A stretch of 64,000 bases of DNA from an uncultured Verrucomicrobiae bacterium (GCA_963762565.1 CAVXLD010000012.1:1-64000), one strand, 5' to 3'; positions 19,542 to 31,441 are shown, counted from the first letter of the stretch. The notes: generated by a model not told the origin, from the sequence alone. Numbers and translations are program-made.

Positions 19542-20462
19542 ATGGAGCTTCGACACCTGCGTTACTTTGTCGCCGTGGCGGAGGAGCGCAGTTTCTCCCG
19601 AGCAGCAGAAAAGTTGCACGTGTCACAGCCACCTCTCAGTCGCCAGATCCGTGATCTTGAAGCTGAATTGGGCGTTAAACTACTTGACCGAAACCGCCAG
19701 GGGGTTCGACTCACGCGGCTCGGTAACGCGGTTTTAGCCAAAGCCCGCGCTTTAATTCGCGACGCAGACTCGTTTAAGGCGGAGGCAAGGGTTCTCGATA
19801 ACGACATCCACGAAGAACTTCGGATCGGATACGCGCCGGCTCCAACCGCGGTAATCATCTCAAAAGTACTTGCTAACTATCACGAGCTCGCCCCAGGCGG
19901 GCGCATCACGCTGCAAGATCTGACTCATACTGAGATCCTGCTTGGCTTAAAGGCGAAAAAGCTTCACGCGGCTCTAACATTACGCCCGCGCGATCAGGAG
20001 ATGCGCGGACTCAGATTTGAGATAATAAGCCGCCATGCGGTGGGAATTATCTGTTCTCTCAAAAGCCCTTTCGCAGCCGCAGATACAGTACGGCCGTCGA
20101 CCGTGGCGAGCCAGGAACTGATTGTGTACCGAGCAAAGGGTTTCCCGGAATATCATAAATGGATCGCCGGCATTCTCGGCGTAAGCGCCGGTACATTGAT
20201 GGTAGCTCAAGAATGCGATGATGTGCTGGGTGTAATCGCTGCGGTTGAAAGTGGACTTGGGATAGCGATCGTTGGCGAATTTATTACTGCGGTCTCCGGG
20301 AACCGGCTCCGCTTTGTCCCTCTTGCCTCTAAGGCTCATTTTCTTGAAGTCGGGTTTCTATATAGACCAAATGGCCTCAGCGAAAATACCAAAAAGTTAA
20401 TCGCTGCCTGCTCCGCGTGTAAAACCGTCCTGTCGCGCCATAGCGTAGCGGCGGCGGACTAG
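19542..20462 (+). CDS. LysR family regulator, paralog of 17005-17931
   Basis: MELRHLRYFVAVAEE. Shares EEL.GYAP.PTA.IIS, KAKKLHA.LTLRPR and FPEYH.W with the other LysR. Confidence 0.95.
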   Translation: MELRHLRYFVAVAEERSFSRAAEKLHVSQPPLSRQIRDLEAELGVKLLDRNRQGVRLTRLGNAVLAKARALIRDADSFKAEARVLDNDIHEELRIGYAPAPTAVIISKVLANYHELAPGGRITLQDLTHTEILLGLKAKKLHAALTLRPRDQEMRGLRFEIISRHAVGIICSLKSPFAAADTVRPSTVASQELIVYRAKGFPEYHKWIAGILGVSAGTLMVAQECDDVLGVIAAVESGLGIAIVGEFITAVSGNRLRFVPLASKAHFLEVGFLYRPNGLSENTKKLIAACSACKTVLSRHSVAAAD

Positions 20463-20496
20463 CAGTCTCGACCTACAACTAGGATTGTTCTAACTT

Positions 20497-22880
20497 ATGC
20501 CCGGACTAGTTCCCGAGCAGCGACGACACTGGATTGCGGTGTTCGTCGCCCTATTTTGGGAATTAAGTGGGCCGATCGGGTTTGCCCAGCAAATCGCCGC
20601 GACGGAATCAAAGGCAAGCGCTGCGCCGACGCCGATTCCTTTGGGCGAGATCGCTTCCCAAGCTGAATCTACTTTCCGATCGGTTCAAGGCATCGAGACC
20701 ACACTATCGACCGACCAGGTCACCACTACGGTGGAGCAACGTCTCCCAGCGCTGACGGACGAGATCGAGTTGCGCGGGACAGAGATGGCTAAGTTCTTGG
20801 CTGGAACCGTTCCTTTAGAGTTGCTGTACAGCATGGAGATCGTTCTGCAGAAATATCGGGACCAACTTTCAAATTGGAACCATGATCTAACCGAGCGGTC
20901 CAAAATTCTCGACAGTCAGATTGGTCAGCTAGACAGGCTCGACCAGATCTGGAAAGCGACACTGCAACTCCCAGGACTATCTAGCGCGGCCCCTGAAATT
21001 CCTCAGCGCGTGCAGAACATCATTGACTTAATTAATCGGACCCAGGACGCAGCACGATCGCTTCGGCAAAGGGATTTAACCCTGCAGGGCCATGTTCTAG
21101 AGACCACGGCTCGATTGCAGGCAATCGCTCCGGCGTTTGAGCAAGCCCAAGCTAATGCTGCTCAGAACTTGTTTGTCCAAGATAGTCCTCCCCTCCTGAA
21201 CCTCGGGCTCGAACCTTGGAGAGAGGCAACCCACGCGTCTTTGATTCCGCCGGCGAGTGTCGCTCTACTTAAGACTTACATCCAACGCGAGCCCGCCATT
21301 CTTTATCTGCATGCGGCCATTATTTTCGTCTTTTTTCTCATTTTGTCCTGGTTGCGGCGCCGAGCAAACAAATGGACCGAGGAAGAGCCGAGCTTACGCA
21401 GCGCGGCATCCGTTTTTGATTTGCCAGTCTCGACAGCGATCACTCTGTCTTTTCTTATCCTCGGAACACTCTATTCGACAGCTCCTTTCTTGCTCCGGGC
21501 AATTCTTTGGGGAGTGCTGCTTATTCCCATCGTGCTCATTTTGCGCCGGTTAATCGATCGGGCTCTATTTCCGATGTTGGACGCCTTAATCGTCCTCTAT
21601 TTTGTCGATCAATTCCGGCTGCTCACCTCGCTCCTGCCCCTGGTTGGGCGGCTGGTCTTTGCCGGCGAAATGTTAGGCGGAACTCTGTTCCTAATCTGGC
21701 TGATTCAGACTAAGCATTTATCGTCACTTACTGGTAGCACCACTAAACTCTTTTTCCGAGGGGTCCGCCTTCTTTTACAAATTGGTCTCATCGTTTTCCC
21801 GCTAACTCTCGCGGCAAACATTTTTGGCTACGTCAACTTCGCCAATTTGCTTGGGGGCGGCGTCATCAGGAGTGCTTACGTTGGTGCGTCTGTCTATGCC
21901 GCCCTGCGCGTTGTCGAAGGGCTGATTATTATGTCGCTCGGCACACGTCCCCTCGGTTTGATCCGCGCAGTTAAGCTGAACCGGCCGATGCTTCAACGGC
22001 GTATCTGTCGGTTGTTGGATTGCTGGCGTTCGTCTACTGGCTCACTCTGACGCTGAACTTTTTTGGGCTCCGAACTCGATTAATTGCGACCACCGAAGAT
22101 GTACTCCGGGCAAACCTGGCCATCGGCTCTTTGAGCATTTCGTTACAACAGATACTCGTCTTTTTGGTGACGCTCTGGGCTGCTTTCGCACTCTCCCGCT
22201 TCCTACGTTTTCTTCTTGAGGAAGATATCTATTCCCATTGGCATCTGGCCCGAGGCATTCCCCAAGCAATCTCAACAATGGTCCACTATGCATTGCTGTT
22301 AGTTGGATTTTTTGTCGGGTTAGCCGTGCTGGGCGTTGATCTGACTAAGGTGACGATTCTGGCTGGAGCATTTACCGTTGGAGTCGGATTCGGACTGCAA
22401 ACGGTCATCAATAATTTCGTTTGTGGCTTAATCTTGCTTTTCGAGCGTCCGATTAAAGTTGGCGATGTTATCCAAATTGACACCGACACCGGCGAGGTCC
22501 GGCGCATCGGTATCCGTGCGTGCATCATTCGCACAACCGACGGTTCTGAAATCATTGTACCGAACGGAAGCATTATCGCCAACAAGGTGACCAACTGGTC
22601 CTTGTCGGACCGGTACCGCGCGATTGAAGTGCCAGTGACTGTGGCTCGAGGCACGGCTCCGCAACGAGTAATCGACGTATTGATAAGCGTCGCTACTAAC
22701 CGACCCGGGATCACGAGAGAACCGGCTCCCCAAGCCTACGTTGTTAGCTTCGGCTCCGCTGCAGTCAATTTTAGCCTTCGGGTTTGGACCGATCAAGATG
22801 ACGACTGGATCCAGGTGCGAAGCAATCTTGCTGTCGCCGTCGATGAGGCGCTCAGTCGTGAGAATATTGCCGTCGCCTGA
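20497..22880 (+). CDS. MscS/MscK-like mechanosensitive channel, split by one frameshift near 22013
   Basis: Coiled periplasmic and TM region, then GVGFGLQTVINNFVCGLILLFERPIKVGD and IIVPNG...NW. Confidence 0.85.
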
Positions 22881-23123
22881 TTCTGGGACACGGCACGCCC
22901 GGTGGAGGCGAAACCAAACAAAAAACAACAACCGCGAATGCGCACGAATTGACGCGAAGATAAAACAATGAGCTCAACCGCAGATTAACGCAGACGTACG
23001 CAGATATACGCGCGGAATCGTCTCTTGGGATTTTGCTTCACCCATATCTGTGTTCATCTGCGGTTCGCTTTCTTTCTCGAGTCGTTTCGCGTCAATTGGC
23101 GTGAATTCGAGGTTCTGTCTGAT

Positions 23124-23861
23124 TTAGCTAGACTCCTCCAGCACAAAGATCATTTCTGGCGATTGCTCTGGCTCAAATGGGCTTCTATCCCAATCACCGT
23201 ATACTTCACGGACGACGAGGCCAGAACGGGCGATGAAGGTTTCGACCTGCGGTCGAGCCAGAAACCGCAACGTGCTGCTCGAGGTGAGTGTCACGTCGGG
23301 GAATTCGAATTGTTGGTCGAAGGAAATCAATTCTCCTGACGCGTTCGTAATCTGTAAGGTCTCGCGTACTCGGCCACCCGGCAGCGGGTGCACTACAGGC
23401 GCATGCGTTCCCCAAACGCGAACCCAGTCGATGTTCGGATTACGAGTCTCGAACGCTGCCTTGCCGCCCGGCTTCAGATGCCTTCGCATCGTGCCCAACA
23501 CCGCCAACACCTCTTCGTCCGTCAGTAGTATTTGAAAGGCGTGTCCCATCATCACTATCAGATCGAACCGGTTCTCCGAGCGATAATCCTGGGCATTGGA
23601 TTGAATCCATTCCACTTTATCCGCATAGGGCTTTCCGGCAGCGATCGCTAACATTGCTCCCGCCGGATCAACCCCTGTCACTTGGTGACCCCGCTGCGCA
23701 AGAGCACAGCACAGCGTGCCCGTACCACAACCAAGATCAAGTACGTGGCAAGAGCCCTGGCCGGCGAGTGCTAAGTAAAAATCGGTATCTTCAGCCCACG
23801 GGTTGTCGAGGTCGTAGACCCCTGCCAGCCGAGAGTCATGGTAATTCAGGTCCTCCGTCAT
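23124..23861 (-). CDS. Class I SAM-dependent methyltransferase
   Basis: VLDLGCGTG, GVDPAGAML and HLKPGG motifs. Confidence 0.9.
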   Translation of the reverse strand: MTEDLNYHDSRLAGVYDLDNPWAEDTDFYLALAGQGSCHVLDLGCGTGTLCCALAQRGHQVTGVDPAGAMLAIAAGKPYADKVEWIQSNAQDYRSENRFDLIVMMGHAFQILLTDEEVLAVLGTMRRHLKPGGKAAFETRNPNIDWVRVWGTHAPVVHPLPGGRVRETLQITNASGELISFDQQFEFPDVTLTSSSTLRFLARPQVETFIARSGLVVREVYGDWDRSPFEPEQSPEMIFVLEESS

Positions 23862-24007
23862 TGGTCTCTGAAAGCGCTACGTCGCTCTGGAGGAGCCATA
23901 TCCTTATAGCTCACCGGGAACGGCGAAACCAGCTCCGTATGAACGATTTCCGATTGAGAACGTCCGACGGCAATGGCTCGTTGCCGTTTCTTTTGGCCGA
24001 AAAGAGG

Positions 24008-26475
24008 CTATTCGTTGAGAACTCTAACAGGGTCTATCTGTAACGCCTTCACCGCAGGCAACAGACAGGCGAATAGCGAGGCCGTCCCAAGCACCAAAAC
24101 AGTCAATGCGAGTGTGATCGGATCGTACGAAGATACCCCATACAGCAAGTCTTCGATGAAACGCGCCAGTGACAGCCCAGTCAAAATCCCAATCGCTAAA
24201 CCAACTCCACGGGCCCTAGCCCCTGTCGGCCACCAGGTGAAGGATATTGCGAGCTCGTGCACCCAAAGCGATCCTGATGCCGATCTCTCGATCCTTCTGG
24301 CTGACAAAGTAGGAAAGTATTCCGTACAGCCCGACTCCTGAAAGAAACAATGCCGCACTCGAAAATAATACAACTAGCAAAGTGGTCAGCCTACGAGCGA
24401 CGAACCGTTCAGCGATAACTTCATCGTACGGGTGCACATCGAATATCGGTACGCCAGGATCAATCGAAGTGACCGTTTGCCGGATAGCCGCTGCCAAGGT
24501 AGTGGAACTAAGGTTTGAGCGGACAATTAGATACTCGTCCGTCGAATCTGTCTGCGTAACTGGGTGATAAACTTGAAACGGAACTTGCCATTCACCAGGA
24601 GTGTCATGACAAACGTGTGGAACCACGCCGACGATCGTGTAGTGCGGGTGATCTTGGAACCGATAATTGCCGCCTCCTCCCCCTATGCTGAGCGTCTTGC
24701 CGATGGGATTTTGACCGGGAAAGTATTGATCCACCAGCGCTGAATCCACAAGGATGACATTAGCTTTGCCGGCGGTGTCTTGTGAATCAAAGTCACGGCC
24801 CAGCAATATGGGGATTTGCATCGTCCGAAAATAGTCGGAAGAAACCTCTGCCGGCGTCTAAAATCGGTTCCTGATCGGGCTCCGGCAGCGGCTGACCGTC
24901 GACGGTAAAAGAGAAAAGGTCGGTCCATCCGAGGTTAATGGAGGATTGTTATTCAGCGTGCCTCGGTTACTCCCGGGATTTGTCGGAGTCTTTGTAATCA
25001 ATTCATCCCAAAATGAGCGAATCTTAGTATCGTCTTTTTCATATTTGCGCCTGTCAGATTGATCCCAGCTACAAGTAGATGGTTCGGGTTAAATCCGAGT
25101 TCTACCGTTTGGGTAGCATAGAAACTGCGAATCAAAAGCCCGGCCGCGACCAGTAAGACACAGGTCAGTGCGACCTGCGCCGTTACCAAAGCGGATTGGA
25201 TTCGTTGGCGGTGCGGTCCACCGGTCCCGGATCTGCCACCTTCACTTCAGTGAAGGCGCCAGCGTCACTTGAGAAAGGCTCCAAGCCGGAAGAAGCCCGG
25301 CAAGCAGTGACGTAATGAGAATCGGACAAAAATAAAACCCAGTGCATTGTATTGACCCGCAATTCCTGTAGATCGATAGAGTATCCGTCGGGATTAAGCT
25401 TTTGTGGCCTGGACAGCAGACTTCAGCAATCACGAGTACCTGGCAATTCCGCCGATAGCCGTTAATAAGAGTGGTTTCCAGCAACAACTGACCAATGACT
25501 CGCCAGCGAGACGCTCCCAGCGTAGCTCGGATCATGATCTCGCGCCGCCGATGCAATCCTCGAGCGAACAACAGGTTCCCGACGTTTAAACAGGAGACAA
25601 CCAATAGCACAGCCAGCCGCAGCTGCTAATAGCCAGATCGTCGTCGATAGTCATGCACGATGAAGCCCAGCAACGGGAAAACCCGCAGACTCGCGGCCAA
25701 TGATTAACACCCGGGTAATGAATGAATAGATTCTCTGGATAGTCTTGAGGTCCGCCTCTGCTTCAGAAACGCTAACCCCAGCTTTCAACCGTCCAAAGCA
25801 AGCGAACAGGTGAATTTGTCGTTCCGCGAACAGCTCGATCGATAAGCGGTGGAAGGCACGACTGCGTGAAGCGGTAAATAAACATCGATACCCGGTGGAC
25901 CCCAATCGTCCAATTGCGATGGCACGATTCCTATCATTTGTATACTGAGGTCATTCAGAATGACGTTTTTGCCTATAATGTTCGGATCCGACTGAAACCG
26001 GCTCCGCCAACAACGTTCGCTAAGCACTGCAACCAAGGGTCCGTTTGTGATATCTTCGTTCTCGGTAAATATCCGGCCGAAGAATCACGGGTCAGACCGG
26101 TCATCTCTGAACAAGACTGGACGACACAAAAGCGGCTTGCAGAGTTGCGCCTCACCATTTGTACGCAGATCGACGTGTCCGCTCCACCTTTAATCCGAGA
26201 GAGTCGAACGTGTGCTGTGCCGCCGCCATGTCGACATAGTCAGGGATAGTCAAAGACACTGAAAGGATGATTGTTGATACGGTTAGTCAAACTTCGACCA
26301 GACGTTCAGAGCTTGGAAATGGTAACGGCTTCAGAATCACCGCATCGGTCAGGCTGAAAATGGCCGTACTCAAGCCGATGCTGAAGGCAAGGATCACGAT
26401 CGCCGTAATGGTAAATCCCGGCGCCTTGAGAAGCTGTCTTAGCGAGTAACGGAGATGGGATAGAATAGCCGGCAT
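24008..26475 (-). pseudogene. ADOP/MacB-FtsX-like ABC permease, multiply frameshifted
   Basis: Collinear fragments: LRYSLRQLLKAPGFT, CLNVGNLLFARG..RRREI.IRATLGASRWR, AQVALTCVLL, REIGIRIALGA, IDPVRVLNE. Confidence 0.85.
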
Positions 26476-26786
26476 TTTGGGTTAATGCGCGATCAGTCAC
26501 CTCGCCAAGCACGTTGCACGCCAGCTTAATACGGAGGGTTTTCGCCGGCCCATCGCCGGGAGGGATCGCGTCCTCGCGATCCGTGGTTACCGAAGCCGAG
26601 GATGTGGTGTGTCGGGGATGAAAACAATGCCGTTGAGCGGTGGCAGATCATCGCGGCGCGCGGGGACGCGCGCCCTCCCGCGTTTGCACCTTGCGACTGT
26701 GATCACCAAGTCAGTAATCAGTTGATGCGGCGGCGTCTCAAACTGAGATGCGAACGTCTCATTTTGGGAGAGCTCACATCAGCTTG

Positions 26787-27929
26787 CTACTGCTGCTTGC
26801 TTGGCGCATCGGGTAATCTTGTCTGGTCGGTGACCCAATTTGCTTCCCAAGTCTTGCCGCCATCGTCAGAAAAAGCTTGCTCGAAATGCGGCGAATCGGT
26901 TTCTAGTTTCGTCCAATCAAATCGGACAAAGATGCTTTTGCCGTCTAGATCGTCTTGCGCGTAAAACTCGCCGTGTCCGTTCTTGAACTGTCCGATCTGG
27001 GGAACGACCACCACACCATCTTTGCTATTGGCCCAATAGAGCCGCCACTGGTGGGTACGTGGATTGAACAAACGCACAGTAAGACCTTCGATGTGGCCCG
27101 TCGGGCCATCAATGTCCACCGTGTCCAGTTGGGCACGACCGTCCCAGAGCGGGTAACAGGCGCCGGTTCCATCATATTCCACCCAGCTCGTTGAGCCAGT
27201 CAAAGGGTGCAGCCGTCGCTTCAAATGGTACTTCCAGTTGCCAAGCAAAGGATCAAAGTCGTGGTTACCATCGTTTCCGGCGTTTGCCTTGCTCTGCGAA
27301 TTCGTTTCGGTCGTCACAGGCGTTTTCTCCGCTGCGTCCGGGAGCCGCGTCATGTCGGAAACCCAGTTCGCATCCCAGGTTTTCCCGCCATCGTCTGAAA
27401 GCGATTGCTCGAAGTGGACGGAATCTGCGCTGGGTTTCGTCCAAACATAACGAACAAAAGTGCTTTTCCCATCAGAAGTGTCCTCGGCGTAAAACTCCCC
27501 TCGTCCATTCTTGAACTGGCCGATCTGAGGCGAGGCAAGAATGCCGTCCTTGCTACTGGCCCAGTAGAGGCTCCACTGATGAGTTTTCGGATTGTAAGTG
27601 CGGAGCGTTAAACCTTCGATGTGGCCTGTCGGGCTATCGGCTTCGAATTCATTCAGGTTAGCGCGGCCATCCCAGACCTTTCGATAGACACTCGTCCCAT
27701 CGAACTCAGTCCAGGTATTGGCCCCGGCAGCCTTACGTTTGAGGTGCACTTTCCAGCGGCCGAAGATGAAATCAAAGTCGTGTTGGCCATCGTGCTCAGC
27801 CACGGTTGTCTTTTCATCCGTTGAACTAGCCTGGCCCATCGCCCTTAGGCAGACAAACAAGACGGTCAGAACAATACCAAGGACGAACGGCGGCAGAAGA
27901 AGGGCTTTGGGTTTTTGCTTTGGCTTCAT
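26787..27929 (-). CDS. Secreted protein with two tandem DUF1579-like domains
   Basis: Signal peptide plus a duplicated HDFD..G.W...EGLT.R.NP.THQW.LYWA...FEQ..SDDGGKTW.NW domain. Confidence 0.8.
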   Translation of the reverse strand: MKPKQKPKALLLPPFVLGIVLTVLFVCLRAMGQASSTDEKTTVAEHDGQHDFDFIFGRWKVHLKRKAAGANTWTEFDGTSVYRKVWDGRANLNEFEADSPTGHIEGLTLRTYNPKTHQWSLYWASSKDGILASPQIGQFKNGRGEFYAEDTSDGKSTFVRYVWTKPSADSVHFEQSLSDDGGKTWDANWVSDMTRLPDAAEKTPVTTETNSQSKANAGNDGNHDFDPLLGNWKYHLKRRLHPLTGSTSWVEYDGTGACYPLWDGRAQLDTVDIDGPTGHIEGLTVRLFNPRTHQWRLYWANSKDGVVVVPQIGQFKNGHGEFYAQDDLDGKSIFVRFDWTKLETDSPHFEQAFSDDGGKTWEANWVTDQTRLPDAPSKQQ

Positions 27930-28127
27930 CGCGTCGGAAATAGACCTAGAGAGTACCAGTTTTATAGTGCCACTTGGCGAGCAATTCGTAAGACCACTTT
28001 TGAGCAGCGTTCAGTCTCAATCCTCCTCTGCGACGAGGACGAGTAACTCAGCAACGCGGCGCATTTAAAGGGTGGGAAACGAACACGATAATTTTTGTGA
28101 ACGGCCCTGCGTGGACGAGCACCCAAG

Positions 28128-28345
28128 GCCTGGAGGGGAGCCGCTTTGCAGGTTAGCAGCTCTGTAAGTTGCCAGCAGGCGGCTCCCGGGCACGGTCCAG
28201 CGCTAGGCAGTTCTATAGGCGGCTTCCAAATCGGCGGGTTCTGCCCACCCGGTCCTTCCTGTATGGCTGACACTGGGTCATTCCCGGAAGCAGCCTGCTG
28301 CCGACCGGTAGAACTGTCACCCTACAAAGCGGCTCCCCTCCAGGC
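28128..28345. repeat. REPIN-like inverted repeat
   Basis: gcctggaggggagccgctttg is inverted against aaagcggctcccctccaggc. A second copy lies at 29698-29989. Confidence 0.75.
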
Positions 28346-28441
28346 GTTGGGCGGCCGACGACGCGTGTTCCTTAGGAGGACGAAGCGCCTTGAGTGCGCA
28401 GGGCATTCACACTAAGGTCAGTCCCACCCCAAAACGACGTC

Positions 28442-28903
28442 GTGAAAGAACAATTGCCTCGAAGTCCTTACGACATGGTGGGCGGTGTCATCTACTTTCC
28501 GCGGATGCTCGATAAGATGCGTTTACATGCCCGCGCTGCTCTTCCCGAGGCTTACCACAACAACCTGGGACGCGAGTTCGACGGCCATTGCCTCGCATTC
28601 CTGAATGTGCAGTACGCGGATCTACGGGAGCGAATGCTCAGCGGCGGCTCAGATGAGGAGATTCTTGAATGGTGTTTCGCCAACGGCCGCCGGCCCAGCA
28701 GCGGTGAGATCGAGATATTCAATGGATTTATGCAAAAAGCCGGTTGGCGCGACCCCTCAGGTGAGCGCCTTGGCCCCCTGCTTCAGCGATCAGGTCTGGC
28801 GCATCTTGACCGCCAGTGCGCGACCCGGTTCGATTTTATCGAATTTGATGAAGGCCGTACACCACCCGATTTCCGTAAATGGGAACCACCTCGGCTCTCT
28901 TGA
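28442..28903 (+). CDS. DUF5069 domain protein
   Basis: PRSPYDMVGGVIYFPRMLDKMR, FDGHCLAFL, SDEEILEW and FIEFDEGR motifs. Confidence 0.8.
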   Translation: MKEQLPRSPYDMVGGVIYFPRMLDKMRLHARAALPEAYHNNLGREFDGHCLAFLNVQYADLRERMLSGGSDEEILEWCFANGRRPSSGEIEIFNGFMQKAGWRDPSGERLGPLLQRSGLAHLDRQCATRFDFIEFDEGRTPPDFRKWEPPRLS

Positions 28904-28996
28904 CCTTCATCTTAACCGCGAATGGACGCGAATTGACACGAATGACTGTCTGTTATTCGCGTTCATTCGTGTCCATTCGCGGTTGATTCCTCTGAT

Positions 28997-29326
28997 ATGG
29001 CTCGCAACAAAGTGTTAGAGCAGTTGCTGGGCGACGATCTCGCGCAGGTGCGCGGGATAACCGAGAAATCTATGTTCGGCGGTTGGGCCTGGCTCCTGCA
29101 CGGCAACCTCCTCTGCGGCGCCCGCAATGACGGCATGTTGGTGAGACTTGGCAAGGGCAATGATGCCTGGGCGCTCGCAATTCCGGGTATCGCTCCAATG
29201 ATGATGAAGGACCGGCAAATGCATGGCTGGATCAGAGCAACACCGAAAGTGTATGAGGATGATATTCTGCGCCGCAACCTGCTGAAAGCAGCGCTCGATT
29301 TCACCCGCTCCTTACCGCAGAAATGA
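28997..29326 (+). CDS. TfoX/Sxy N-terminal domain protein
   Basis: EKSMFGGWAWLLHGNLLCG, MLVRLG, MHGWI and SLPQK motifs. Confidence 0.8.
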   Translation: MARNKVLEQLLGDDLAQVRGITEKSMFGGWAWLLHGNLLCGARNDGMLVRLGKGNDAWALAIPGIAPMMMKDRQMHGWIRATPKVYEDDILRRNLLKAALDFTRSLPQK

Positions 29327-29391
29327 GTTCGCGCGACGGCACATCGTGCTCGTCGTTGTCCTCGTCCTCGATTCGAAACGGCTGACAGGTC

Positions 29392-29670
29392 CTAGTGTGC
29401 TGTCCCATAAATAACGTGGCTTTCGTTGCGATCAAAATGGGCCGCCGGCAAGGCGCGAGGAGGGCGCGTATCTTGATCGATACGTAACCGACGAGCAACG
29501 CAGCCGCCGGCCCATTTTCATCGCAACCCTCCGGGCCGTGGCCAGTTGGCTGTTTTTCTGCGTTGCTCGCTCGACCCGTATGAACCAGATATGGGCGCTT
29601 CGCTCGCGCCTTGAAAAACAGCCAACTGACCGACGGCGAAAGCCACGCTATTTATGGGACAGCACACTAG
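29392..29670. mobile_element. MITE-like element 1 with 34-bp terminal inverted repeats and CTAG ends
   Basis: ctagtgtgctgtcccataaataacgtggctttcg vs cgaaagccacgctatttatgggacagcacactag (one mismatch). No transposase. Confidence 0.75.
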
Positions 29671-30050
29671 CAGACTGTTGAAAAACGCATGTCTTCTGGC
29701 CTGGAGGGGAGCCGCTTTGGCACGTAACAGAAGACCCCGCGATATTTGCCTGGACGGGTGCATGACCGGAAATCTCCTTAAACAGGCGGCTCCCGGGAAC
29801 GTTTCAACGCGTGTTAGGTTTGTTGGCACGACGCCCGGATGAACAATCTCCGAACGGAACTATGGACAAAACATTGCGTGCGGTAATTCCCGGGAGCCGC
29901 CTGTTTAACAGCCCTATTTGGCTTTCCTCGCAATGGATAGAATATCACGAGATCTTTAGGCTCGTTCCAAAGCGGCTCCCCTCAAGGCCAGGCTGCTATT
30001 ACCTTGTCCCTCCGGGACAGCCGACCTGCGTTTTTTCAACAGTTTGCTAG
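29667..30050. mobile_element. MITE-like element 2 with CTAG ends
   Basis: ctagcagactgttgaaaaacgca vs tgcgttttttcaacagtttgctag. Shares a CTAG with element 1 and overlaps the stop codon of the next gene. Confidence 0.7.
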
Positions 30051-30904
30051 GTTAAGGCGGTAAGGTAAAACGCTAGCGTTCCCGTTACTGTTACGGCCGC
30101 CACCAATACCACGACATAAGCGGTATATAACCCGAAAAACGTCATGGCGGTCCCTCCCCAGGATTGACCGTAAACCTTCTTCTGAGCAAGAAACAGATAA
30201 ACGGCCAGCCAAAGCCCCACCAGGCTAGCCACCCATTTGATCCAATCTAGGTGCGCGCTGCTAGATATCGCACCCAACAAGGTTTGAACCAGCGCGCAAA
30301 CGAAGAAGGCGCTATGAAGATGGAAAGCGAAGACCAAGTGAGCCAGGTAGGGGCGTTTGCCGCGAAGATATATCAGCTTCAGCAAGCCAGCATATATGGG
30401 CACGCAAATAAGGATCAGCCATTGTAGCCGCTCGATAAATTCCGCGACCAGATGAGAGGCGAACTCCTGTTCGCTCCCGTATTTGCTGATCATTTTTGCC
30501 TCGAACTGCTGGTCCCCATCAGCCCTTTGTTCGTTTGGAGCCGCATGCTCATGCTGACCAGCCGGCACATCGCCTTTAAACACCACGAGGGCTGCATCCG
30601 GCTTAGCAAAATGAAGTACTAAGAAAAAGAGTAGGCTGATACTGACATACAAGCGGATCGGATTCAGAAACCGAATTTGCTGTCCTTGCAAGAACCGTAC
30701 CGTTAGTTCGCCTGGCCGGGACAGCAAAAGCCACAGTGTTTGAATTACCTTCCCGTCAAAAGCGAGAAAAGAATCTAAAAAATCACGAAAAACGGTTCCG
30801 AACGATTGGTGGTAATCGATGTCTCGCTGACCACACCGCGAACAGTAGGGTCCGACCAAAGAGGCTCCACAATTTCTGCAGCTGCTTGAGACGGAATTCG
30901 ACAT
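30047..30904 (-). CDS. DUF3667 domain membrane protein
   Basis: CRNCGASLVGPYCSRCGQ zinc ribbon, RPGELT, NPIRLY and HLVFAFH motifs. Confidence 0.85.
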   Translation of the reverse strand: MSNSVSSSCRNCGASLVGPYCSRCGQRDIDYHQSFGTVFRDFLDSFLAFDGKVIQTLWLLLSRPGELTVRFLQGQQIRFLNPIRLYVSISLLFFLVLHFAKPDAALVVFKGDVPAGQHEHAAPNEQRADGDQQFEAKMISKYGSEQEFASHLVAEFIERLQWLILICVPIYAGLLKLIYLRGKRPYLAHLVFAFHLHSAFFVCALVQTLLGAISSSAHLDWIKWVASLVGLWLAVYLFLAQKKVYGQSWGGTAMTFFGLYTAYVVVLVAAVTVTGTLAFYLTALT

Positions 30905-31441
30905 CAACGAATGGCAGATAGCATCGTATTAGAACCGACGCGAGCATTCTGAATTACTGCTACTACCGAACTCCTGAACTCCTGTTTTTACGAATTTTGA
31001 ATTCGTCTCACTTCTTTGTGGCGTTAGATTAAAGCAGCGACGAAACAGTATGGTGATCGGGGCGAAAATATGCCTTTGGGGTTGTGGCACGTCCTCGCGG
31101 CGCGCCGGGACGCGCACCCTCCCCGAAATTGCGCGAGGCGTCCGCGCCCGAAGCCGTGTAGTTATTTACCGGCCTTCCAAAAGAGCCGCTGCTAAAAAAA
31201 ATGGGTTTTCCATGCCCCCACGATGGAACGGAATTCCTTTGAAAGATTGGACCGCTTCAACCCCGGTTGGATGCCCTTATCGAAAATTCGCCAACCGCTG
31301 CTGCCCTGGTGCAGGCGCTCGAGCTACCGAGCGCCTGGTTCACGGACCTCTTTGCTATCTGCTATTTGCTATTTGTCATTCTGAACGAGCCTAAGCGAAT
31401 TCAGCTCGGCGGCGCCTCCTTGAACTCCTGAACTCCTTCTT

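Noticed and set aside
22005..22030. Programmed frameshift in the MscS gene
   Set aside because: No slippery heptamer; one missing G restores the frame, like other indels in the window.
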